DNA of 64,000 nucleotides, taken from contig CAVQXJ010000011.1 in NCBI GenBank assembly GCA_963717745.1, forward strand, positions 26,948 to 90,947. Reading direction: 5' to 3'. The DNA comes from an uncultured Acidobacteriota bacterium (lineage in GTDB: Bacteria > Acidobacteriota > Vicinamibacteria > Vicinamibacterales > 2-12-FULL-66-21). Under the pieces are notes generated by a model. It saw only the letters and a program-made list of their open reading frames with translations. It did no database searches and was not told the origin of the DNA. Numbering within the stretch: position 1 is the first letter of the stretch; each line of letters begins with the position of its first letter. The position numbers and the translations under genes are program-made. Shown here piece by piece: positions 40,686-49,214 of this stretch.

Positions 40686-41465
40686 ATGCCCGGATGGATG
40701 GCCGCCAGCGCGGTGTTCTTCGTCTACGTCATCGCGGCCGCGCCGATTGTCCCGCGGTTGACGCGGCGTGGGCGCGGGCTCGCGATGGCTGGCGGGGCCG
40801 CCGGCCTGGTGATCACAGCCGCCGCGTATGTGACGCCGCCGACCCCGCTGCGGCACGACTGGCTGGTGCCGCCGGCGCTGCTGCTCCTCGGCTACTGGAC
40901 GAGCGGCCAGCTGTTCGCCGCACCGATGCCGCGGGTCGAGGCCGCCCTGTCCGCGGTCGATCGCTGGCTCGAGATCGGTCCGGCGGCCCGGGCGACGCCG
41001 CGCTGGCTGGCGGAGGTGCTGGAGCTGGCCTACGCCGGCGTCTACGTGCTCGTGCCGATCGCGTTGGTGATTCATCTTGGATCTGCCTCCGAGCCGGACC
41101 CGGCACGCTTCTGGACCGTCATCCTGATCACCGACTTCGTGTGCTTCGGATGCCTGCCGTGGATCCAGACCCGCCCGCCGCGCGCGCTGTCCGCCGCACC
41201 GCCTTGGGACACCGCCTTGAGGCGACTCAACCTGCGGCTCCTCGGCACGACCAGCATTCACGTCAACACGTTCCCAAGCGGACACGCCGCGGAAGCGGTG
41301 GCCGCGGCGCTGCTCGTCGCCGCCGCGCCCTGGCCCCTTGCGGCCGCGGTCGCCATCGCGGCGTTGCTGGTGTCAGCCGGCGCCGTGCTGGGCCGCTATC
41401 ACTATGCGGCCGACGCGTTCGCCGGGTGGGCTGTGGCGGTGATGGTGTGGGTGGCGTGCCGGTGA
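40686..41465 (+). CDS. PAP2 superfamily membrane protein, PAP2_C (sphingomyelin/IPC-synthase-like) type
   Basis: Six hydrophobic segments, with FPSGHAAEA and GRYHYAADAF motifs (SGH ... HYxxD). Confidence 0.65.
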   Translation: MPGWMAASAVFFVYVIAAAPIVPRLTRRGRGLAMAGGAAGLVITAAAYVTPPTPLRHDWLVPPALLLLGYWTSGQLFAAPMPRVEAALSAVDRWLEIGPAARATPRWLAEVLELAYAGVYVLVPIALVIHLGSASEPDPARFWTVILITDFVCFGCLPWIQTRPPRALSAAPPWDTALRRLNLRLLGTTSIHVNTFPSGHAAEAVAAALLVAAAPWPLAAAVAIAALLVSAGAVLGRYHYAADAFAGWAVAVMVWVACR

Positions 41466-41498
41466 CGGCGTGGCAATTTCGCTCCTCGCTCTTGGCTC

Positions 41499-41675
41499 GC
41501 GGCGTCGGGGTGCTTTCAGCGGCGACTTGGGCCATTCGACGGCCTGCGAGCTTTACAGGAGGGCCAGGAGGTCAGGAGAAAAACTATGAATTTCCTCCTG
41601 ATCTCCTGGCCCTCCTGTAAAAAGCTCACCGGCCGTCGATTGGCCCATCCGCGTCTGAAAGCACCCCGACGCCGC
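41499..41675. repeat. family B element: 177-nt near-perfect palindrome
   Basis: The ~80-nt left arm gcggcgtcggggtgctttcagcggcgacttgggccattcgacggcctgcgagctttacaggagggccaggaggtcaggag is mirrored by 41593..41675. 41555..41578 is identical to 45767..45790, and 41593..41615 is identical to 45811..45833. Confidence 0.9.
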
Positions 41676-41722
41676 GAGGCAATGGGGCACTGGGGACGGC
41701 GACGGTGGCGTACAGTGGTCAC

Positions 41723-42650
41723 ATGAAACCGCGACTGATCGCCCCGTTGCTGGCCTTGATCGCCGTGGGCTCCGCGCATGGGCAAGACGCGCAGGGCCCC
41801 GCGCCCGTCCCCACCCGCCTCGCGCTTGATGTGGTCGCCGTCGATCGCAACGGCGCGCCGGTGACCGATCTCCGGCCGGACGAGTTCGAAGTCTGGATCA
41901 GCGGTTACCGGGTGCCGGTCGAGGACGTCGTCTTCGTGACGCCGGCGACCTCGCCGCGCACCGTCGTGTTGCTGCTCGACAATGCGGCGGTGGGGTTCGA
42001 CCTGGCACCGCGGGTGAAAGAGGCCGCCCGCGCGCTCGTCAAGCGGATGGGCGACACCGATCGGATTATGGTGGTCCCGGTCCACGGCGCGAGGACCGAC
42101 AGCACTGGGCGATCCCGCCCGGCTGCTGCAGGCGATCGACAGCTACCGCGTGCAGGGCATTCCGTTCCGGATCGAGGACGCCGGCGAGCACGTGCTCCGG
42201 CTGCTGACGGCGATTGCCAGACAGTTGACCGAGGTTCCCGGGCGCCGCAAGGCGATCGTCGCGATCGGGGCAGGATGGCTGTTCGACACGCCGCTGCCTC
42301 CGCCCAGCCTGCGCGACCTGCACGACGAGTGGCTCGTCGCGATGCGTGCGATGGCCGCCGCGAACGCGAGCCTCTATGTCATCGATCCGGTAGGCCTCCG
42401 TCCGGCGCGCGGCCTCACCTTCGGCGGCGACAGCGGCTTCGCCAACCAGACCGGCGGATATGCCTTCGTCAACATGAACGATCCTGGTGGCGCCGCGGAG
42501 CGGATCTTCGAGGAGGCGGGAACCTACTATGTCTTGCGCATGACGGATCCGCCGGTGCAGAGGACGGCCGATCTGCGGAAAGTGGAAGTCAAGGTCTCGC
42601 GCAAGGACGTCACCGTTCGCGCCCGCCGAGGGATCCCCGGAAAACGGTGA
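41723..42650 (+). pseudogene. VWFA-related acidobacterial-domain protein (secreted), one frame break
   Basis: The signal peptide MKPRLIAPLLALIAVGSAHG and LALDVVAVDRNGAPVTDLRPDEFEV.. are in frame 41723. After ~42107..42111 (act ggg c gat) the family continues in the frame of ORF 42150..42650 (DPARLLQAIDSYRVQGIPFRIED..ASLYVIDPVGL..TYYVL..VEVKVSRKDVTVRARRG). Confidence 0.75.
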
Positions 42651-42659
42651 CGCCGAGTG

Positions 42660-45320
42660 TCATGAATTGCGCAGCGCCTTGACCGGATCGACCAGCATCG
42701 CGCGCCGCGCCGGCAGGTAGCAGGCGAGCACGCTGGTCGCCGCGAGGATCGCGGCGACACCCGCCAGCGTCAGCGGATCGGCCGGCCCCACTTCGAACAG
42801 CAGGGCTCGCATCGACCGCATCAGCAGGACTGCGCCGCTCAGCCCGATGGCCAGACCGGCCAGCGCCTGCAGCGTCCCTTCACGCAGGACCAGCCCAAGG
42901 ACGTTGGCCGGGGTCGCGCCGAGCGTCATGCGGACGCCGATTTCTCCGGTCCGCAGCGCGACCAGGTGCGCCATCACGCCATAGATCCCGGCGGCGGCGA
43001 GCACCAGCGCCAGCACCCCGAACACGCTGAGCAGGATCATCGTCGATCGCCTGGTCGCCGTCGACAAGCGCGCGACCTCCTCCATCGTCCGCACGCTCGA
43101 GAGCGGCAGATCGGGATCGACCGAGCGCAGCGCCTCGCGCATCGCCGGCGCGGGCGACGGCGAGCGCTGGTCGGTCGCCACGACGTAGAAGAGCGTGGTC
43201 CACGGCAGCTGGCGAACCGGGAGATACATCTCCGGGTTGACCGGGCGGTCGAGTCCCCAGTTGCGTGCGTCGGCGAGCACGCCGACGACCTCGCGCCATT
43301 CCTCGGTGCCGCCCATCCGCACCCGTTTACCGAGCGGCGAGGCGCCGGGCCAGTACCGCTCGGCCATCGTGCGATTGACGATCGCCACGGGCAGCGACTT
43401 GTCGTGGTCGCTCGCGCCGAATCGGCGGCCGCTGACCAGCGTCATCCCCATCGCGTCGAAGAATCCATTGGTGACCGCGCGCATGTGCGCCCGGGTGGGG
43501 ACGTCGGGCGTTGGTTCGCGCCCTTCGATCGCGACGCCCATGCGCGAGTTCTCGTTGCCGAGCGGCAAGCGGGTGGTCGCGCCAACCGCGCGGACGCCGG
43601 GGATCGCCGCGAACCGGCGCTCCACTTCCGCGACCGCTTCCAGCCTCACCCCGTCGTCGGCGTACTTGCGTCCTGGCAGCACCACCAGGGCCGTGGTCCG
43701 GTCGCCGATCTCGAATCCGGCCTCGGCGTTCAGCAGGCGTTGAAAGCTGCGCAGGGTCAGGCCGGCGCCGACCAGCAGCAGCGAGGCGAGCGCGATCTCG
43801 CCGATCACCAGTGCCGTGCGCAGCCGGCGCCGGACAGTCCCCGGCGACCGTCCGCCGTCTTTGAGCGATTCGTTGACGTCCTCGCGCGCGATGTGCCACG
43901 CCGGCAGCAACCCGAAGAGGAGGCCGGTGAAGAGCGAGATCAGAAAGGTGAACAGCAGCACGCGGCGATCGAGTGCGAGATGCTGCAGCCCGAAGACCGG
44001 CAGGCCGGCGGGCATCAGCCGGCGGAGCAGTCCGATCGCCCAGTAGGCGACGGCCAGTCCCGCGGCGCCGCCGGCGAGGCCGAGCAGCACGCTTTCGGTC
44101 AAGGCCTGACCGGCGAGCCGTCCGCGGCCCGCGCCGAGCGCGGCGCGGACCGCCATTTCCCGCCGGCGCGCCGCCGCCCGCACCAGCAGCAGGTTCGCGA
44201 CGTTGACGCAGGCGATCAGCAGCACGAAGGCCACTGCCGCGAGCAGCATCAGCAGTCCGGAGCGCACATGCCGCGCCAGGTCCTCGGCGAGCGGCCGCAC
44301 GTAGACGCCGTGGGTGCGATTGGTGTCGGGGTAGTCCTTCTGCAGCAGCGCGCCGATCCGATCCATATCAGCGCGGGCGGTGTCGATCGTCACGCCCGGC
44401 TTCATGCGGGCGAAGACCTCGAGCGAGTGGTTCGAACGCGTCGGCGGCGTCGGTCCGCCGCTGAGCGGCATCGGCGCCCACAGCTCGATGGCCGAGTCGG
44501 GGGCTTCGAAGTCCGGCGGCAGCACGCCAACGATCTCGTGCGGCACGCCGTTCAGCGCAATCTTGCGCCCGACCGCGCCGGGGTCGCTGCCGAACCTGGC
44601 CTGCCACAACGCGTGGCCGAGCACGACGACGCGGTGCTGGCCGGGCGTCGCTTCCTCGCGCCGGAACGTCCGGCCGAGGGCGGGCTGCACCCGCAGGATG
44701 TCGAAGAACGGCGGCGACACGCCGGCCGCGGACAGCCGCACCGGTTCGCCGGTGCCGGTCAGGTCGGCGGTGATCGGCACGTAGGCCGCCATGTCCTCGA
44801 ACACGGTGTTCATGCGGGCCCAGTCGAGGAAGTCCGCCGGCGCGACGAAGTTGTCGAGCACACCTTCGGCGGTCCGCTTCTCCCACACCTTCACCAGCCG
44901 ATCCGGATCCCGGTAGGGGAGCGGCCGGAGCAGCACCGCATCGACCGCCGAGAAGATCGCCGTGTTGCCGCCGATGCCGATGGCGAGCGTCAGCAGCGCC
45001 ACGACTGTCACTCCCGGCTGCCTGACCAGCAGCCGCACCGCGTACCGCGCGTCGCGAACCCATGCGTGCATCCACCACCTCCAGCGGCCGAGCTCTCGTC
45101 CGGCGGTGCGCCGGGCCTCCATGACCACCGCCAGCCGTTCGCCGAGCCCCTCGACGCAGGCGTCGGCCACGGCATGCATCCACAGCGGTAGCACCGGCCT
45201 GCCGGCGGCCCGGGCGTCGGTGAGTTGCCGCTCGAACATCCGCACCATATCGGCGCCGAACCGGCGGCGCACACGCGCGGGAAATGCCAGCCGCACCAGC
45301 AGCCGGTAGAGGCTCGTCAC
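42660..45320 (-). CDS. ADOP-family duplicated FtsX/MacB-type permease
   Basis: GTG start overlapping the PadR stop (GTGA 45320..45317): VTSLYRLLVRLAFPARVRRRFG.., with two FtsX-like modules. The track extension to 45476 would overlap PadR. Confidence 0.85.
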   Translation of the reverse strand: MTSLYRLLVRLAFPARVRRRFGADMVRMFERQLTDARAAGRPVLPLWMHAVADACVEGLGERLAVVMEARRTAGRELGRWRWWMHAWVRDARYAVRLLVRQPGVTVVALLTLAIGIGGNTAIFSAVDAVLLRPLPYRDPDRLVKVWEKRTAEGVLDNFVAPADFLDWARMNTVFEDMAAYVPITADLTGTGEPVRLSAAGVSPPFFDILRVQPALGRTFRREEATPGQHRVVVLGHALWQARFGSDPGAVGRKIALNGVPHEIVGVLPPDFEAPDSAIELWAPMPLSGGPTPPTRSNHSLEVFARMKPGVTIDTARADMDRIGALLQKDYPDTNRTHGVYVRPLAEDLARHVRSGLLMLLAAVAFVLLIACVNVANLLLVRAAARRREMAVRAALGAGRGRLAGQALTESVLLGLAGGAAGLAVAYWAIGLLRRLMPAGLPVFGLQHLALDRRVLLFTFLISLFTGLLFGLLPAWHIAREDVNESLKDGGRSPGTVRRRLRTALVIGEIALASLLLVGAGLTLRSFQRLLNAEAGFEIGDRTTALVVLPGRKYADDGVRLEAVAEVERRFAAIPGVRAVGATTRLPLGNENSRMGVAIEGREPTPDVPTRAHMRAVTNGFFDAMGMTLVSGRRFGASDHDKSLPVAIVNRTMAERYWPGASPLGKRVRMGGTEEWREVVGVLADARNWGLDRPVNPEMYLPVRQLPWTTLFYVVATDQRSPSPAPAMREALRSVDPDLPLSSVRTMEEVARLSTATRRSTMILLSVFGVLALVLAAAGIYGVMAHLVALRTGEIGVRMTLGATPANVLGLVLREGTLQALAGLAIGLSGAVLLMRSMRALLFEVGPADPLTLAGVAAILAATSVLACYLPARRAMLVDPVKALRNS

Positions 45321-45682
45321 GACCGCGCCTTCGGGAGCAGCCGCTTCGCTCGCGCCTCGAGCAGTAGCGCCTCCAGCCGTCTCGCTTCGGCGGTCGCGGT
45401 CGCCGACCCGAGCGGCGTCAGCTGGAAATACCGGCGCCGCTCGTCGTCCTGACGGCGGTCGCGGAGGTCGCCGCATTCCTCGATCAGGCCCTCCGCGAGC
45501 ATGGCGCGGAGGGTGCGGTAGAAGTTGCCCGGCATCAGCTTCTCGAAGCCGCCGCGCATCTGCACTTCGCGGACCACGGCCCAGCCGTGACGCTCGCCGT
45601 CGGCGAGCGCGACCAGCACCTGGAAAACCAGCGGCTTCAGTGGGAGTCTGGCGTCGACGTCTTCACGGCGCGGTCGAACCAT
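45317..45682 (-). CDS. PadR family transcriptional regulator
   Basis: PLVFQVLVALADGERHGWAVVREV..PGNFYRTLRAMLAEGLIEE..RRYFQLTPLG. Confidence 0.85.
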   Translation of the reverse strand: MVRPRREDVDARLPLKPLVFQVLVALADGERHGWAVVREVQMRGGFEKLMPGNFYRTLRAMLAEGLIEECGDLRDRRQDDERRRYFQLTPLGSATATAEARRLEALLLEARAKRLLPKARS

Positions 45683-45741
45683 GACGTGGAGAGTAGTATC
45701 AAGATGATGCTAGTGTCAACGACGCTCGTGGAGTGGCGACC

Positions 45742-45890
45742 GGGGCACCTCGCGACGCCCGCGATCACAGGAGGGCCAGGAGGTCAGGAGGACCGAAAAA
45801 CAATTGGTCTTCCTCCTGATCTCCTGGCCCTCCAGTAAAAGATCACAGGCCATCGAATCACCCCGTTTGCCGCTGCGAGCGTCCGGATGC
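45742..45890. repeat. family B element, opposite orientation to 23356..23495
   Basis: Core hairpin gatcacaggagggccaggaggtcaggaggacc / ggtcttcctcctgatctcctggccctccagtaaaagatc. The right flank tcgaatcaccccgtttgccgctg is the reverse complement of 23371..23393. The left flank matches the reverse complement of 23463..23495. Confidence 0.8.
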
Positions 45891-45940
45891 AGCGAGTCAG
45901 CGGGGCGCTTGGAGTGGCGCCGGGCGGGAGGGCCCGGACG

Positions 45941-47711
45941 TCACGGTGCGGGTGAGGCGCGGAATTCCGAGGGAGCGGCGAGTGGGTCCGGCGTTCTCGG
46001 CATGCCCGCCAGCGCTTCGCTGAGTTGGAACCCCTGGAAGATGGCCTGCGGATCCTCTTCCTCGAACCGCATTCCGGCCATCGCCGTCAGGACCCGTTTG
46101 CGGTACCACACGAGGAGCTGCGCGGCGAACGTGGCGGCCACGCAGAACCACACCAGCTTGCCGGGCCGGCTGGAGAGGGCCTGATCGATGGCCGCGAACA
46201 CCACCGTATAAATGAAAAACGCCAGGATGTAGAGCGGCCACAGCGCGAAGATGTGCGAGTTGCCGGGGAAATAGGTGCAGGCGAATGGGAGCTTGCCGCG
46301 TCCTCGGGACCAGCAGCTCGGTCATCAGGCGGCCCAGCACCCAGGTGAACGCCGCATGCGAGACGGCGACCGCGAGCGTCCAGAACACCAGCCCTTGTAA
46401 CAGTGCAAACATCGTAGTCGGCAGCACGACCAGCAGCAGCATGGCGTCGCGGGTGCCGGCGACGGCGGCTGCCCGATCGGCCGGCTCGCACACCCGGAAC
46501 ACCCACCGCGCCTTGGGCTCCGAGGGAATGGCGACGATCGCCCGCAGGGCGATGAGCAGCAGGAACTGCGCAATGAGCGGCATCGACATCATGGCCAGCC
46601 CCGGCCGCCACAAGCCCTCGCCGCCGTTGCGAAAGGCCACCGAGATCGCCGACGACAGGATCAGGGCGAGGGCAAATCCTCCGTACACCGCGAACATCAT
46701 CCGGTGGGTGCGGCTGCGCACCAGCGTTCGCACCATGAACCCGCGGACCGCGGCGGCCAGCGGCCGGTTCACCGTCCGCGACAGGCGGCGGTTGCGGGCC
46801 GCGCGCGCGACCAGCGAGGCCGAGGTTCTGGGGATCACGCCTTCGAGCGCGCGCTGCGACAGGCGCGTATAGCTGAACGCGTAGAGGCCTACCGCTGCCG
46901 CGGCCGCCCCAACTGTCACCTGCACGGCCAGCCGGGCCAGCACTTCCGTGCCTCCGTAGGCCGTACCCGCCAGCAGCTCGTAGAAGCTGAAGAACCATGT
47001 CGGCGGAACCGCCGACAATCGCGCGAGCCCCTCGTGGCTGGCCCCGCCGAGCCGCAGCGCCCGGCCGAGATCGGGCAGGAAGAACAACAGCTGCACCAGG
47101 CCGACCGCGAAGAGCACCTGGAAGGTGACCGAGGCCGCCTGCGCCGCCCGCCGCCCGAACGCCAGCAGCAGGAGACACTGCGCCGCGACCAGGGCGCTGA
47201 ACACGAACGTACACGCGAGCGCCACGGTCAGGAAATGCGCGCTGATCCCGTGGATCCTCGAGATCGGCGCGCCGAAGCCGGTCACGGTCATGCCGAAGAT
47301 AATCGACTGCAGCGTACACTGCGGTGTCGCGAAGAGCACGAAAACCCGGCCGAGCGATGCCAGCCGGGCGATCACGAAGCTGCGCGTCGGGATCGGCAGC
47401 ACGCCGAGGATCCGCACGTCCCGCCGATCGGGAAAGACCCCGTCCCAGATCACGAGCCCGACCACCCCGATGGCGATCATGGACAGCGTGATCAGGATCA
47501 GCCGGTCGGCATCGAACTCGGGTGCGAGCGGCACCGAGAATTGCGCCTTGGCGTACTTCTTCGGCATGAGGGTCGCGTACGCGAAGGTGGGCGTGGCGGC
47601 GAGCAGCATGCCCCAGATGACCAGCTGCACCTGCGGCAGCCCGTCGGGCATCAGATCGCTCTCGAACAGTCTGGAGAAGAAGGCGCGCGAGAGCAGTCTG
47701 ATCTGGTGCAC
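45941..47711 (-). pseudogene. polytopic permease partner of the adjacent ABC ATPase, one frame break
   Basis: ~12 hydrophobic segments in frame from GTG 47711 down to ~46300. Downstream of the break at ~46291..46305 the hydrophobic continuation KLPFACTYFPGNSHIFALWPLYILAFFIYTVVFAAIDQAL..WFCVAATFAAQLLVWY is in the frame of ORF 45941..46204. The nominal frame turns into an Arg/Pro-rich tail. Confidence 0.65.
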
Positions 47712-47712
47712 G

Positions 47713-48477
47713 CTAGGCCTTCATCACCGCGACAATGTCGGCGGCCACGCCGTCCAGGTCGGTGGCGATCACCAGGTTCTTGAACACTTCCTCGAGCGAC
47801 GACAGCTTCATCAGCTCGCGCAGCCGCAACACCGAGTCATGTGCGACGACCCGGCCGTCGTGCAGAATCAGCACGTCGGTGGCGACCTGCTCGACGATTT
47901 CGAGCACATGCGAGGAGTAGACGACCATCCGACCCTCGGCGGCGAGCCGCTGCACCAGCCGGCGCAGCACCAGCGAGGTCGTGACATCGAGCCCGGAGTT
48001 CGGCTCGTCCAGAACGATGATTGCGGGATCGTGCAGCAGGGCGGCGGCAATCAGGATCTTCTGCCGCATGCCCTTCGAGTACGCCGACATCGGCGCGTGC
48101 ACGTCGTCCTGCAGCCCGAACAAGGTGAGGAACCCTTCGATCTTCTGCTGCAGTCGAGGTTGCGGAATGCCGCGCAGCCCCCCGACGAGGGAGAGGTACT
48201 CGGGACCGGTCAGATAGGTGTAGAGCACCGCCTCTTCCGGCACGTAGCCGATGCGCGACTTGTAAGCCAGCAGGTCGTCGCGGATGGGGCGTCCATCGAG
48301 GAAGACCGTCCCGCCCGATGGCTCGAGCAGCCCGGTCAGAATCGAGACCGTCGTCGATTTGCCCGACCCGTTCGGCCCGAGCAGCCCGAGGATGCCCCCA
48401 GGTGCGAGGGTGAAGCTCAAATCCCGAACCGCAGGCAGCGCCGAGTAGTACTTCGTGAGCGACCGGGCCTCGAGCAT
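47713..48477 (-). CDS. ABC transporter ATP-binding protein
   Basis: From Met 48477: MLEARSLTKYY..GLLGPNGSGKST (Walker A), SKGMRQK (signature-like), ILDEP (Walker B). The stop is 1 nt before the permease start. Confidence 0.9.
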   Translation of the reverse strand: MLEARSLTKYYSALPAVRDLSFTLAPGGILGLLGPNGSGKSTTVSILTGLLEPSGGTVFLDGRPIRDDLLAYKSRIGYVPEEAVLYTYLTGPEYLSLVGGLRGIPQPRLQQKIEGFLTLFGLQDDVHAPMSAYSKGMRQKILIAAALLHDPAIIVLDEPNSGLDVTTSLVLRRLVQRLAAEGRMVVYSSHVLEIVEQVATDVLILHDGRVVAHDSVLRLRELMKLSSLEEVFKNLVIATDLDGVAADIVAVMKA

Positions 48478-48509
48478 GGGGCATTGGACACGCAAAACCG
48501 GGGGATGTT

Positions 48510-48739
48510 CCCGCCTTCGCGCTTCGCGCTACGGCGCGGCAGTCCGTGGTCCGTGGTCCGCGGCCCGTAGTCCGTTCAGAGTCAATCGAACGATCGGGGT
48601 GAAAGACATCGCGATCAGCTGGTTGCCGCGCCTCTGCCCCGCCGCGCCGGGGGGCTCGACCCGGACCACGGGCTACGGACCACGGACCACGGACCACGGA
48701 CCACGGACCACGGACCACGGACAGCGGACTGCGGGCTAC
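48510..48739. repeat. arm-core-arm element with GGACCAC heptamer microsatellite arms (5 vs 11 units) and shared 27-nt header
   Basis: The header 48510..48536 is identical to 20920..20946. The left arm 48542..48576 is gtccgtg gtccgtg gtccgcg gcccgta gtccgtt. The core is ~86 nt. The right arm 48663..48739 is 11 heptamers (7 exact ggaccac plus gggctac, ggacagc, ggactgc, gggctac). It ends 10 nt before ATG 48749. Confidence 0.9.
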
Positions 48740-48748
48740 AATCCCCCC

Positions 48749-49210
48749 ATGTATCCGACCGTTCTCCTCCTGCACTCCTGGATTCGATGGGCCGTGATTC
48801 TGCTCGGCCTGGTGGCAACCCTCCGGGCGATCTCGGGCTCGATGAGCGGGCGCTCGTGGCTGCCGGCCGACGCACGGATCAGCCGGATCTTCGTCGGCCT
48901 GCTCGATCTGCAGATGATGGTCGGGCTGGGGCTCTACTTCGCGCTCAGCCCGATTACCAAGGCGGCGCTGTCGGACTTCGGCGGCGCGATGAGCCAGCCG
49001 ACGATGCGCTACTGGGCGGTCGAGCACGTGGTGGGAATGGTGGTCGGCATCACGCTGGCGCACGTCGGTGTCGCGCGCGCCGGCCGCACCCCGGACGGTG
49101 CGCTCAAGCACCGGCGTATCGCGACGTTCTTCGTCCTTGCGCTGATCGCGATTCTCGCGTCGGTGCCCTGGCCCGGAACTCCGAACGGCCGGCCGCTCAT
49201 CAGGTGGTGA
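48749..49210 (+). CDS. four-TM membrane protein, function unknown
   Basis: From ATG 48749: MYPTVLLLHSWIRWAVILLGLVATL.. with four hydrophobic segments. It ends 4 nt before the S9 peptidase start. The track extension 48455..48748 runs through the repeat. Confidence 0.6.
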   Translation: MYPTVLLLHSWIRWAVILLGLVATLRAISGSMSGRSWLPADARISRIFVGLLDLQMMVGLGLYFALSPITKAALSDFGGAMSQPTMRYWAVEHVVGMVVGITLAHVGVARAGRTPDGALKHRRIATFFVLALIAILASVPWPGTPNGRPLIRW

Positions 49211-49214
49211 TTCG

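Noticed and set aside
39918-41285. 455-aa minus-strand ORF
   Set aside because: Only the last 236 codons (from Met 40628) form the HAD phosphatase. The upstream part is antisense to the PAP2_C gene and is Arg/Pro-rich.
48542-48739. Possible CRISPR array or other spacer-containing repeat
   Set aside because: The units are 7 nt and directly abutting, with no spacers. There are no cas genes in the window. It is a microsatellite-like inverted repeat.
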